Source: an uncultured SAR86 cluster bacterium | GTDB lineage: Bacteria > Pseudomonadota > Gammaproteobacteria > Magnimaribacterales > D2472 | Assembly: GCA_902608115.1 (NCBI GenBank) | Contig: CACLMT010000003.1 | Span: 40,302-104,301 of the forward strand | DNA length: 64,000 nucleotides | Direction: 5' to 3' | In this document: piece by piece, positions 49,736 to 59,649 of the stretch | How positions within the stretch are numbered: position 1 is the first letter of the stretch | Layout of the letters: each line of letters begins with the position of its first letter | Translations under genes and position numbers: made by a program | The notes under the pieces: generated by a model | Told to the model about the DNA's origin: nothing | The model's input: only the letters and a program-made list of their open reading frames with translations | Databases searched by the model: none

Positions 49736-50668
49736 TTAACTAAAATGGTTCCACCCTTTAAGGGATTGAAAAGAATTATTCAAAATTTCTAACTTCTTTC
49801 CATTCATGACGCCTATAGTATGGCATTTTTTATTAATAGACTTTAGTGATCTCTTTAATGAAGCAAGTCGCTTAGGTGGAACCGTATAAAGTAATTGATA
49901 ATCATCACCAAATTCGAGACATTGTTTAAAAAATTTTGAACTGATAACAGGAACTTTCAATAAATCAATCGTACATCCTATTTGTGATCTATCTATAAGA
50001 TGGGATAAATCCTGAATAAGTCCATCAGAGATATCAATTGCAGATGTTGCGTAAGAAGAAATGACCTTACCATAATTAATTTGAGCCTTTGGAAAAAGAT
50101 AGGGTCTAGTTTTTTGATTGATCATTTTTGAAGTTTTAAATTGCTTAAATCCAATATAAGCCTTCCCAAGCTCATCAGAGACACAAAGAATATCCCCTTT
50201 TTTAGCGCCACTTCTCAAAAGAATTTTCTTTCCTGGTTTTCCTAAGACTGTAACGCTGATTTGTAAAGAGCCTTTGCATAAATCTCCCCCAGTCAATACT
50301 ATTTGATATTCTTTAGAAATCTTTTGTAATCCTTTTTTGAAAACAGACATCCAAGTTGAGTTAGCTCTTGGTATGGTTAATGAAAGATTATAGGCAATTG
50401 GAATTCCGCCCATTGCTGCAATATCGCTAAGAGCTATTGCTACAGCCCGGTATGCAATAAGATCGGGTTGCATTGATTTTAAAAAATGCACCCCTTCAAC
50501 AGATGTATCAGTGCTGATTAATAATTTAGATTTAGCTGCTATAACTGCGCAATCATCTCCGACTGATAATTTAATACCATTTTGTTTTAGATAAGAAGCA
50601 CCTATACCAGTTAGGTACTTCTTAATAATTGAAAATTCAGAATCTATCTTAACTTGGATATCTTTCAA
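49736..50668 (-). CDS. thiL: Thiamine-monophosphate kinase
   Basis: SEFSII, GDDCA, EGVHF, SDIAAMGG, GGD, RSGA, IDISDGL; start uncertain (TTG at 50668 chosen). Confidence 0.9.
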   Translation of the reverse strand: MKDIQVKIDSEFSIIKKYLTGIGASYLKQNGIKLSVGDDCAVIAAKSKLLISTDTSVEGVHFLKSMQPDLIAYRAVAIALSDIAAMGGIPIAYNLSLTIPRANSTWMSVFKKGLQKISKEYQIVLTGGDLCKGSLQISVTVLGKPGKKILLRSGAKKGDILCVSDELGKAYIGFKQFKTSKMINQKTRPYLFPKAQINYGKVISSYATSAIDISDGLIQDLSHLIDRSQIGCTIDLLKVPVISSKFFKQCLEFGDDYQLLYTVPPKRLASLKRSLKSINKKCHTIGVMNGKKLEILNNSFQSLKGWNHFS

Positions 50669-51842
50669 ATAAACCAGATGCGCCCATACCCCCTCCAACA
50701 CACATGGTTACAATACCGAATTGTTTATCTTGATTTTGAAGCTCTCTAACAATATGACCAACCTGTCTAGACCCAGTCATACCAAATGGATGCCCAATTG
50801 AAATGGAGCCACCATTCACATTAAGCTTGTCCATTGGAATGCCTAATTGATCTCGACAATAGGCAACCTGAACTGCAAAAGCTTCATTTAACTCCCATAA
50901 ATCAATATCTTCAACACCCATATTAGTAGATTTTAATAACTTGGGAACTGAGAAAACTGGGCCAATTCCCATTTCATCTGGTTCGCAACCCATAGTAGTA
51001 AACCCTCTGAAATATGCTAAAGGTTTTAAGCCTAGTTCAAGAGCTTTATCCTCACTCATTACAAGAGTAACGGATGCTCCATCTGATAATTGAGAAGAAT
51101 TACCAGCAGTAACTGAGCCATTCTCAGGATCAAATACTGGTTTTAAACCAGCCAAGGCTTCCATAGTAGTCCCAGGTCTGTTGCATTCATCTTTTTCAAC
51201 AACATAATCTACTTCTTTTGAATCCCCTGTTTCTTTGTTTATCAATAACATTTTTGTTGCCATTGAAATAATTTCATCAGCAAATTTCCCAGCTTCTTGT
51301 GCAGCAGCTGTTCTTTTTTGACTTTCGAATGCTATCTCATCCTGAGTTTCTCTAGATACCTTATAACGTTTTGCAACTGTTTCAGCAGTAATACCCATTG
51401 GAAGATATATCCCAGGCAGTTCCTCTAATAATTTATCATTCACAAATCCTTCCATATTTTGCTTGCCTGAAAGCATGGTAATTTGCTCTACACCTCCAGC
51501 TATGATGGTGTCATAGCATCCGGCCATAATCTGGCTAGCTGCCATCGAAACAGTCTGAAGCCCAGATGAGCAATAACGATTTACCGTTGTGCCTCCAGTC
51601 GTTACAGGAAGATTGGATAATACCGCAGCATTTCTACCAATATTATGGCCCATAGGCCCTTCTGGATTACCACAACCCATAATAATATCCTCAACCATCT
51701 CAGGAGCTAAGTTGGGATTTCTTTCCAACATAGCATTGATAATGTGTGCCAACATATCGTCTGCGCGAGTGATGTTAAAACCTCCACGATGTGATTTTGC
51801 TAGACCTGTTCTAACACTATCCACAATTACCGCTGTTTTCAT
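50649..51842 (-). CDS. Acetyl-CoA C-acyltransferase (thiolase)
   Basis: NRYCSSGLQ, TAGNSSQLSDGA, ELNEAFA, NGGSISIGHPFG, MCVGGGMG. Confidence 0.95.
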   Translation of the reverse strand: MKTAVIVDSVRTGLAKSHRGGFNITRADDMLAHIINAMLERNPNLAPEMVEDIIMGCGNPEGPMGHNIGRNAAVLSNLPVTTGGTTVNRYCSSGLQTVSMAASQIMAGCYDTIIAGGVEQITMLSGKQNMEGFVNDKLLEELPGIYLPMGITAETVAKRYKVSRETQDEIAFESQKRTAAAQEAGKFADEIISMATKMLLINKETGDSKEVDYVVEKDECNRPGTTMEALAGLKPVFDPENGSVTAGNSSQLSDGASVTLVMSEDKALELGLKPLAYFRGFTTMGCEPDEMGIGPVFSVPKLLKSTNMGVEDIDLWELNEAFAVQVAYCRDQLGIPMDKLNVNGGSISIGHPFGMTGSRQVGHIVRELQNQDKQFGIVTMCVGGGMGASGLFERYPS

Positions 51843-51868
51843 ATTTTTACTCCAAAATTAGTAACGGC

Positions 51869-52186
51869 TTATTCTAAACGATCATCATCATTACTTAAAG
51901 ACTTATACCAGTTTGGTATTAAATCTATATTTAATTCTTTGGCTTTAGAGAAAATAAAAGGAAGAGTGACTGGGCTAAAAGGAAGAATTAATAAAATACC
52001 TAGTCCAAGATTTTTAAAGATCTGCTGAAGTTGAAAGTTTGCTGCATCGAGCTCCTCCTCAGATACAGAACCTTCAGCATACTTAATATAAGCATCCAAC
52101 ATCCTTTTATTTTCACGATTCTCAATAAGAAAACTCTCTTGGAGTTTTGATAAAGTCCTATTAAATCTTTTGGTAAATATCTTCAT
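51869..52186 (-). CDS. Small hypothetical protein with one hydrophobic segment (possibly LETM1-like)
   Basis: EELDAANFQ...LGLGILLILPFSPVTLP...IDLIP; fills the gap between terminator and thiolase. Confidence 0.55.
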   Translation of the reverse strand: MKIFTKRFNRTLSKLQESFLIENRENKRMLDAYIKYAEGSVSEEELDAANFQLQQIFKNLGLGILLILPFSPVTLPFIFSKAKELNIDLIPNWYKSLSNDDDRLE

Positions 52187-52187
52187 C

Positions 52188-52217
52188 AAAAAAAAGCCCG
52201 GAAAAAATCCGGGCTTT
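52188..52217 (-). terminator. Intrinsic terminator after the TonB-dependent receptor
   Basis: Stem AAAGCCCGGA/TCCGGGCTTT with an 8-T tail on the minus strand. Confidence 0.9.
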
Positions 52218-52240
52218 GTTATAGCTAAATGATTAAAAGA

Positions 52241-55111
52241 TTAAAAGTTTCTTCCAAACTTAATACCCCAGATCTTAGGATCCATGGCAACACCATTTTG
52301 GAAACCTCCAACCGTTACATCTGTTGAATAATATGCATATACATGTTCATTATCACCTACGTTTCTTACATAGGCTCCAACATACCAATCTTCACTTGAT
52401 GGAGTATATTGAAGAGATAGATCCATCATAGTAACTGAATCTACGTGCTCTCTCTTACGATTAAAGATTGTGCTGTAAACATCATCACGATATGAATAAT
52501 CAGCTCTAAATGTCCATGTTCCTTGAGCAGTATCTACAAACTTAGTAATGCCTAAACGATAGTTTAATTCAGCATTGAAAGGCAATTGATTACCACTTAA
52601 ATCTTGCTCAACACCATCAGTTACTGGACAAGGTAATGTAGTTGAATCCAAACCAAAGAATGGCACAGTACATAGAGGTCCAAAAGATTTGAATATGTAA
52701 CCAGCATCTGTTGGGGTGTATAAAACCAAAGCTCCAAGCAGAGGATTTTGCGCTGCTAGTCCAAGATAACAATCAGCTGAAGGAGCTGCTTGTCCTACAA
52801 AGACCAATGGATTACAAGTTGCTATCAAAGGTGCAAAGTCAGAAAAGAACCCTGTTGCTCCAGCTGGAAGCGGAAGTTTTGTAGTCGCAGCATTTGGATT
52901 AAGAGGATCTACAGACGCAAATTTATCTATAGTCGCATCAGTATGAGCAAAAAAGCCATCAATCATTAAGGTTGGGCTTAAGAATAAAGTAAACTCAGCC
53001 TCAAGACCCTCGATGGTCGCATCAGCATTATCATTCAATGATGCTCTCTGAACAATTTTAGAAAGCTGTAAACCTTCATATTCATTCGTATAAGCAGATA
53101 CGTTTAATTGCAATGCTCCGTCCAATAGAGTATTTTTCATACCAATCTCAAACACGTTTGCTATCTCAGGATCAAAATGTTGTAAACCAACAATATCCGT
53201 TGTATTAAACCCACCTGGTTTGAAACCAGTTGAATAGGTTGCATAAACCATTTGATTATCATTCAAAACATGATCGATACCTATTTTATAAGTAGATTCT
53301 TCTGCAGAATAGCTTCTTCCAACAGGAGCTGGTTTCACACCGGCATAGTATCCTGCGCCTAAATTTTGAAGGTCAAGAAGCGAGTTAAATGCAAAATCAT
53401 TAATTGCATATTCTGTGTATCTCCCACCAAGAGTTACAGTTGTTACATCGCTCACATCAATATACACCTCACCATAAAGCGCTTTTGTATCTCTGTTTAA
53501 ATTACTATCTGCATGAAAGTATTTCTGCCATGGCGCAAGTTGTAATGGTCCACCGGCAGCAGCATTAGAAGCTCCCATAGCGCCATTAGCTGCAAGTTGT
53601 AAGGTGTAACCTAATGCTGCTGAAGCTGGGATTGCACCGGCCATCACAGCTGCAGTTGCTTGAGCACTAGCTACAGGTAGAGTTTGGAACCATCCAACCC
53701 AAAAAGGTGCTCCTCCATAAGGTGCAGTAGCAGGGAAAATTTTACCCACTGGACCAGCTCCCACATTACCCCAATATTCCATATAAGGGGTTGCAATATT
53801 ATAATTGGTCTCACTTGTTGATTCAGATGCGAATAAACCAAAGGTATAATTTATAATTCCATCATAATCAGATGAGAATCTTAACTCAGTTTGGCTCCAC
53901 TCTGCTTCATTCACAGATCTATCAGCAGCCTGATCACTCGTATAAACTTTTTTTCCTAGACCCATATGATTTTTGTATGGATCGTAGAAGAAATTAGCCT
54001 CTATAGGACCAACTGCATATGGAACAACGCTTACTGCATGATCGTAGTCAGCATAATCTGCATAGTCTCTTGTATGATAAGAATAAGTGAATACCATTTG
54101 CATGGTATCTGATATTGCACTATCAATTTCAAATACAGTATTTTGTAAAGTAGTTTCATGAGAAGGCGTAAAATCAATATCAACTGATCGAATATCTGAA
54201 GAAGGATTGTTTCTATAGACTGTGTAATCTAAAGAAGTGTTTTGGTATTGAAGATATGGAACCCAATGCCCATAACTTCCTGGAGACCAAACTGCATCCA
54301 TGCCATTTTCAAATGGGCTACAACCATAAAATGTATCTTGTTTACAGAATTGTCTTGCTGCTCTCATCCTCTGGTCATCTGCTTTAGTAGTCTCATAGAT
54401 TAAAGTCATGACAGTATCATCAGAATAATCCCACTCAAAAGTAGCCCTACCAGCTATAGTGTTCCTATCATCTAATTCTTCATTGTTATAACTATTAGTA
54501 ACAAAACCGCCTCTTTTCAAAGATGCGAAAGCAAACCTTGCGCGGAGAGTATCAGACATAGGGAGATTAACTGCGCCTGACATTCTTGTTGAGTCATAAT
54601 CACCCAAATCAACTTTGATATTGCCTCCAACTTCTGCATCTGGTCTCTTAGAAAGCATCTGCACTACACCACCAGTTGTTCCAGCTCCAAACAATGAACC
54701 CTGAGGTCCTCTTAATACCTCAACACGCTCAACATCAAAAAGTTCGGCTTCGTACAAACCCGATATTGAAGCAGATTGTCCATTCCAGAAATAACCGATA
54801 GCAGCACTAGTTGAATTACCAACTGCAAAGTTACCTATACCTCTTAGAGTAATACCTGAACCAGAATAAGCACCCTTGGCAAAGCCAAGCGTTGGCACTG
54901 CAAACTGAAGATCCTCAAAGTTTTCGATTTGCCTTACTTCTAAATCCTCTGAAGTAATAGCTGTAATAGTAATCGCAGTATCCTGCAAAGTGGTTTCTTT
55001 TCTTAAAGCTGTAACAACAACCTCTTCAACCTCACGAACTGTGTCTTGAGCATATGCTGAAGTAACGCTAAAAGAAAATGCTAATAAAAAAGCATAAAAA
55101 TATCTGTTCAT
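52241..55111 (-). CDS. TonB-dependent outer-membrane receptor
   Basis: Signal peptide, TonB box EEVVVTA, plug RVEVLRGPQGSLFG, GFKPGGFN, C-terminal Phe. Confidence 0.95.
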   Translation of the reverse strand: MNRYFYAFLLAFSFSVTSAYAQDTVREVEEVVVTALRKETTLQDTAITITAITSEDLEVRQIENFEDLQFAVPTLGFAKGAYSGSGITLRGIGNFAVGNSTSAAIGYFWNGQSASISGLYEAELFDVERVEVLRGPQGSLFGAGTTGGVVQMLSKRPDAEVGGNIKVDLGDYDSTRMSGAVNLPMSDTLRARFAFASLKRGGFVTNSYNNEELDDRNTIAGRATFEWDYSDDTVMTLIYETTKADDQRMRAARQFCKQDTFYGCSPFENGMDAVWSPGSYGHWVPYLQYQNTSLDYTVYRNNPSSDIRSVDIDFTPSHETTLQNTVFEIDSAISDTMQMVFTYSYHTRDYADYADYDHAVSVVPYAVGPIEANFFYDPYKNHMGLGKKVYTSDQAADRSVNEAEWSQTELRFSSDYDGIINYTFGLFASESTSETNYNIATPYMEYWGNVGAGPVGKIFPATAPYGGAPFWVGWFQTLPVASAQATAAVMAGAIPASAALGYTLQLAANGAMGASNAAAGGPLQLAPWQKYFHADSNLNRDTKALYGEVYIDVSDVTTVTLGGRYTEYAINDFAFNSLLDLQNLGAGYYAGVKPAPVGRSYSAEESTYKIGIDHVLNDNQMVYATYSTGFKPGGFNTTDIVGLQHFDPEIANVFEIGMKNTLLDGALQLNVSAYTNEYEGLQLSKIVQRASLNDNADATIEGLEAEFTLFLSPTLMIDGFFAHTDATIDKFASVDPLNPNAATTKLPLPAGATGFFSDFAPLIATCNPLVFVGQAAPSADCYLGLAAQNPLLGALVLYTPTDAGYIFKSFGPLCTVPFFGLDSTTLPCPVTDGVEQDLSGNQLPFNAELNYRLGITKFVDTAQGTWTFRADYSYRDDVYSTIFNRKREHVDSVTMMDLSLQYTPSSEDWYVGAYVRNVGDNEHVYAYYSTDVTVGGFQNGVAMDPKIWGIKFGRNF

Positions 55112-55150
55112 AATCTTCCCCCTTGATAGTTGAATGAACTCGTAAAAGAA

Positions 55151-55179
55151 ATGATATACCTAATGGTTTTCCTATTCAA
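55151..55179 (-). promoter_or_regulatory. Sigma70 promoter TTGAAT-N17-TATCAT for the TonB receptor
   Basis: -35 at 55174-55179, -10 at 55151-55156, exact 17-bp spacer; AAGGGGG RBS downstream. Confidence 0.7.
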
Positions 55180-55208
55180 ATGGTATTAGATAGGAGGAAT
55201 GTTGATAA

Positions 55209-55226
55209 TTTTACTTATAAGTAAAA
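55209..55226. promoter_or_regulatory. Perfect 18-bp palindrome TTTTACTTATAAGTAAAA, candidate transcription-factor site
   Basis: Seen directly in the intergenic region, about 30 bp upstream of the -35. Confidence 0.5.
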
Positions 55227-55238
55227 AATTACTACTTT

Positions 55239-56435
55239 TTATTTTAATTCACTTGAACTTTTACCCAAGACTTGACGCGCCACTATAAGCTGTTGGATTT
55301 GTTGAGTACCTTCAAAAATATCTAAAATCTTTGAATCTCTCGAGAACTTTTCAAGCAGATGATCCTCAGAAAACCCTTTCATTGAGCATAGTTCAACGCA
55401 TTTCAAGGAGATTCTATTACCAATTCTTCCTGCCTTAGCTTTTCCCATTGAAGCCTCTTTTGAATTTGGCATTTTGTTATCCATCATCCAAGCTGATTTG
55501 TAAACCAACAATCTAGCAGCTTCTAATTCAGCCTCAAGCATTTCAAGCTCATTTTGAATGGCAGTTTGTTGCCCGATAGAAGCTCCAAATTTATCTTCAT
55601 AACCCTCCTCAGCAAGCAAAGCTCTTGTCATATCTAATGCTGCTTGCCCAAGACCAATTGCCATTCCAGCAACCATGGGTCTTGTATTATCAAAAGTTTG
55701 CATTGCCCCTCCAAAAGATTTTTTTGCTGCATCTACATCCTTGTCAATTTCTTCTTTACCACCTAATAAATTCTCTCTGGGAATTCTGCAATTTTGAAAA
55801 ATTAAAGTAGCTGTATCAGATGCCCTTATACCCAGTTTTTTTTCAAGACGAGTCACTTCAAAACCTGGTGTGCCTTTTTCAATAATAAAGGATCGAATTG
55901 CTGTCTTGCCCATTGCTTTATTAAGTGTTGCCCAAACCACTACGCAATCACATCTATCACCATCAGTTACATAAATTTTTTCACCATTAATAACCCACTC
56001 TTCTCCATCTAGCTCTGCTGTAGTGGAAATATTTTTTGAATCAGACCCTGCATCGGCTTCTGTAATTGCCATAGCTACCCAACGCTTACCCCATTTAGTT
56101 TTTTGCTCAGAATCTCCTACTGCCATGATTGCAGCATTACCTAGACCAGTTCCGGGTCTAGCAAGAAATAATCCAACATCTCCCCAACACATCTGTTCTA
56201 AAGCAATAACAGCCCACAAATTTCTTCCACCAAGATCCATAGATTTAACTGAATCATCTTCAACCTCGGAGTTTTTTTGATCAGCTGCTGCTTGATTTAA
56301 TTGTTCCATTTCTACAGGTGGTTCATGTTCAGCTTTATCATACTTTCTTGAAATAGGTCTTAAGATAAACTCAGCAGCCATTCGCATGGTTTCTTGAGTT
56401 TTTTGTAATTGATTTGGCAATAATGGATGAATCAT
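55239..56435 (-). CDS. Acyl-CoA dehydrogenase, FadE23-like
   Basis: AMAITE..AGSD, NGEKIYVT, KLGIRASDT, RDSKILDIFEGTQQIQ; ATG at 56435 preferred. Confidence 0.9.
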   Translation of the reverse strand: MIHPLLPNQLQKTQETMRMAAEFILRPISRKYDKAEHEPPVEMEQLNQAAADQKNSEVEDDSVKSMDLGGRNLWAVIALEQMCWGDVGLFLARPGTGLGNAAIMAVGDSEQKTKWGKRWVAMAITEADAGSDSKNISTTAELDGEEWVINGEKIYVTDGDRCDCVVVWATLNKAMGKTAIRSFIIEKGTPGFEVTRLEKKLGIRASDTATLIFQNCRIPRENLLGGKEEIDKDVDAAKKSFGGAMQTFDNTRPMVAGMAIGLGQAALDMTRALLAEEGYEDKFGASIGQQTAIQNELEMLEAELEAARLLVYKSAWMMDNKMPNSKEASMGKAKAGRIGNRISLKCVELCSMKGFSEDHLLEKFSRDSKILDIFEGTQQIQQLIVARQVLGKSSSELK

Positions 56436-56436
56436 T

Positions 56437-57558
56437 TTAAACTCCAGCGCCCCCTTCAAAGATCCCTATAGCCCTTAAATTTCTATACCAAAGCTCAACT
56501 GGATGTTCATGAGTAAAGCCATGACCTCCGAGCAACTGCACGCCATCCGTTCCAATCTTCATAGCGTAATGAGCAGCAAAACGATTGGTAAGCGATGATT
56601 GTTTATGGAAATCTTCGCCTAAATCTTTTAAAGCTGATGCTTTATACACCATCAAACGAAGTGCTTCTATTTCAATAGCCATATCAGCAATTAAAAAAGC
56701 AACAGATTGTCGATTGGAGATTGGCTCATCAAAAGCTATCCTTTCGTTGGTATAAGGCACCACATAATCCAATACTGCCTGACAAACACCAACAGCCATT
56801 GCGGCCATACCAATTCTAGTTGAATCTATTAAAGATTCATAATTCAATGAATAATTATGACCGCCTAATGTTTGAGAAGATTTAATTTTGCAATTTTTTA
56901 ATGAAATCTCACACCAAGAATTAGTTTTTAAACCCATAAATTCTTTGGTTTCAATTTGTACACCAGCCATATCCTTTTGTACAAAATATAAATTACAATC
57001 GCCTTGATCGTTTGAGCCTGAAATTAAAAATACTTCAGCATCTTCTCCATAAGCAATTCCTGTTTTTGAGCCATTTAAAATTAATTCATCTCCATTGTCT
57101 TTGACAGAAACGCTTGACTGATAAGTATCCACTAATGCATTTGTATTATTTATCCCTAGACCAACATGAAACATTGAACCAGAAGAAAATTTAGTTAGAT
57201 AATCTTCTTTCTGGTCTTCACTACCATGATCAGAAATAATACTAGCTGTTAGTAAAGGCAATGAAACTGACATCGCTAAAGATAAATCACCATAAGCCAA
57301 TGCTTCAAGAGAAATTGCCCGTGAAACAGAGTCTTGTTTAAGACCCATGCCCCCAAATTGCTCTGGAATAATCAGCGAAACTAAATCAAGGGCTTTAAAC
57401 TTTTCTAGCAAATCTTTTGAAGGCATTCCATCTTCTTCAGCTTTACGAGCATTTGGTCGCATTTCCAATTCAGCAAATTTTTTTAATGTATCCCAAGTCA
57501 TTTGCTGTTCTTCAGTTAATCTGATATCAAAAGGATGTTCAGTTTTGTAATCCTGCAT
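56437..57558 (-). CDS. Acyl-CoA dehydrogenase, FadE24-like partner
   Basis: EALAYGD, RIAFDEPISNRQSVAF, GVQLLGGHGF..EHPVE.WYR.LRA. Confidence 0.88.
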   Translation of the reverse strand: MQDYKTEHPFDIRLTEEQQMTWDTLKKFAELEMRPNARKAEEDGMPSKDLLEKFKALDLVSLIIPEQFGGMGLKQDSVSRAISLEALAYGDLSLAMSVSLPLLTASIISDHGSEDQKEDYLTKFSSGSMFHVGLGINNTNALVDTYQSSVSVKDNGDELILNGSKTGIAYGEDAEVFLISGSNDQGDCNLYFVQKDMAGVQIETKEFMGLKTNSWCEISLKNCKIKSSQTLGGHNYSLNYESLIDSTRIGMAAMAVGVCQAVLDYVVPYTNERIAFDEPISNRQSVAFLIADMAIEIEALRLMVYKASALKDLGEDFHKQSSLTNRFAAHYAMKIGTDGVQLLGGHGFTHEHPVELWYRNLRAIGIFEGGAGV

Positions 57559-57659
57559 TAAAAGTTAATCCTGAGATTTAAATAAGTTACGTCATTTTAA
57601 CACTTGTAAATCCAATATGCTGTGTGAAGATAGTAACCAAGTAAAATTAAATTTAGAAA

Positions 57660-58313
57660 ATGAACAAAGCTGAAAGAGCTGCTATTGTCTTTAAAATTTT
57701 AGAAAAGAATTACCCGAAAACACCCGTGCCTCTTAGGCATACGAATAACTATACTTTGTTGATTGCCGTTTTACTCTCGGCTCAATGCACTGATGAAAGA
57801 GTGAACCAAATAACTCCAAAACTTTTTACCTTAGCAGACAACCCAAAAGATATGTCTAAACAAACCCCTGAAACAATTTATGAGATTATCAAGCCATGTG
57901 GACTGGGTCCTCAAAAATCAAAAGCTATTATTGAACTTTCTTGTATGCTACAAAATTTATACGATGGTAAAGTTCCTAAAGATATTAAGGCTTTAGAGAA
58001 ACTTCCTGGCGTTGGTCATAAGACAGCATCAGTTGTTATCAGTCAGGGGTTTGGTCAGCCAGCATTTCCTGTTGATACACATATCCATAGACTTGCACAG
58101 AGATGGGGCCTAACAAAAGGTAAGAATGTTAAAGAAACTGAAGAAGATTTAAAAAAACTGTTTCCAGAAGAATCTTGGAATAAGCTTCATTTACAAATTA
58201 TTTTTTGGGGAAGAGAATTTTGCCCAGCTAGGCAATGTTATGGACTTGAATGTGAAATTTGTAAAGCGACTTATCCAAAAAGATCTCGACCTTTTTCCCA
58301 CAAAAAGCCATAG
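57660..58313 (+). CDS. nth: Endonuclease III
   Basis: LLSAQCTD, LPGVGHKTA (HhH with catalytic Lys), PVDTHIHR, C-terminal Cys cluster. Confidence 0.94.
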   Translation: MNKAERAAIVFKILEKNYPKTPVPLRHTNNYTLLIAVLLSAQCTDERVNQITPKLFTLADNPKDMSKQTPETIYEIIKPCGLGPQKSKAIIELSCMLQNLYDGKVPKDIKALEKLPGVGHKTASVVISQGFGQPAFPVDTHIHRLAQRWGLTKGKNVKETEEDLKKLFPEESWNKLHLQIIFWGREFCPARQCYGLECEICKATYPKRSRPFSHKKP

Positions 58314-58374
58314 ATAATTTAAAATAAGCATTTCCGATCACATAAAAAATTAATTTATATATTTGGATTAACCA

Positions 58375-59649
58375 ATGAAATCAAAAGCCGATTCAATTTT
58401 TTCTAATAGCCAATCAATTAAGAGCTATGATTCTGATTTATGGCAAGCTTTAAGAAATGAGTCAATTAGACAAGAAGAACATATTGAGCTGATCGCATCA
58501 GAAAACTACGCAAGTAAAAGGGTAATGGAGGCTCAGGGGACTATTCTAACCAATAAGTATGCTGAAGGTTATCCGAATAAAAGATATTACGGAGGCTGTG
58601 AAAATGTAGATGTTGCTGAAGAATTAGCAATTGATAGAGCAAAAAAATTATTTGGAGCAGACTATGTAAATGTCCAGCCTCACTCTGGATCTTCAGCAAA
58701 CACTGCTGCATTCTTAGCTTTGCTGGAGCCCAATGATACTATTTTAGGAATGAGCCTTGATCATGGTGGACATTTAACTCATGGAGCCAAAGTAAACTTT
58801 TCAGGGAAGAACTATAATGCATTTCAATATGGGCTACATCCTGAAACTCATGATATTGATTATGCTCAAGTCAGAGATCTAGCTAAAAAACATAATCCAA
58901 AAATGATAATAGCTGGATTTTCTGCTTTTTCTGGAATTGTGGATTGGAAAATTTTTAGAGAGATATGTGATGAAGTGGGAGCCTATTTACTGGTAGATAT
59001 GGCTCATGTATCTGGTCTTATTGCTGCAGGACTTTACCCTTCTCCCATTCCCCATGCAGACGTAGTAACATCAACAACCCATAAAACCTTAAGAGGACCC
59101 CGCTCAGGCATTATCCTTGCAAGAGGAAATGAAACTCTTGAAAAAAAATTAAATTCTGCAGTATTTCCTGGCTCTCAAGGGGGTCCATTAATGCATGTCA
59201 TTGCTGCAAAAGCAGTATGTTTCAAAGAAGCGCTTGAACCAGAATTTAAAATCTATACTCAAAAAGTTATAGATCATGCAAAGCTTATGTGTGAGATCAT
59301 TCAAGATCGTGGGATTGATGTAGTTACAGGCAAAACTGATAATCATATAGTACTAGTAGATCTTAGAAGCAAAGATCTTACTGGCAAAGATTGTGAACTT
59401 GCTCTAGGTCAAGCAAATATTACTGCCAATAAAAATACTGTTCCGAACGATCCTCAATCTCCATTTGTAACATCAGGTATTAGATTAGGAACTGCAGCAG
59501 TGACAACTCGAGGGTTTGGAATGAATGAAATTGAAAAATTAAGTAACTGGATATGTGATATTGTTCTTAATTTAGATAATAAAGATCAAATTCAAAAAAT
59601 AAAAAATGAAGTAATAAGTATGTGCAAAAATTTTCCTGTATATAAATAA
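58375..59649 (+). CDS. glyA: Serine hydroxymethyltransferase
   Basis: [39 protein letters not shown]. Confidence 0.97.
   Translation: MKSKADSIFSNSQSIKSYDSDLWQALRNESIRQEEHIELIASENYASKRVMEAQGTILTNKYAEGYPNKRYYGGCENVDVAEELAIDRAKKLFGADYVNVQPHSGSSANTAAFLALLEPNDTILGMSLDHGGHLTHGAKVNFSGKNYNAFQYGLHPETHDIDYAQVRDLAKKHNPKMIIAGFSAFSGIVDWKIFREICDEVGAYLLVDMAHVSGLIAAGLYPSPIPHADVVTSTTHKTLRGPRSGIILARGNETLEKKLNSAVFPGSQGGPLMHVIAAKAVCFKEALEPEFKIYTQKVIDHAKLMCEIIQDRGIDVVTGKTDNHIVLVDLRSKDLTGKDCELALGQANITANKNTVPNDPQSPFVTSGIRLGTAAVTTRGFGMNEIEKLSNWICDIVLNLDNKDQIQKIKNEVISMCKNFPVYK

Noticed and set aside
50669..50701. N-terminal extension of ThiL (likewise the ORF-track extensions of pntB, dxs, pheA, ihfA and the FadE23-like gene)
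   Set aside because: Longest-ORF artefacts overlapping the upstream gene; homology begins at downstream starts
51818..51826. DnaA-box-like CTATCCACA suggesting an origin
   Set aside because: Single imperfect match inside the thiolase CDS, with no cluster of boxes
55112..55238. Riboswitch (cobalamin/TPP) ahead of the TonB receptor
   Set aside because: Gap is only ~125 bp, the predicted 5' UTR is ~35 nt, and no conserved aptamer motifs are visible
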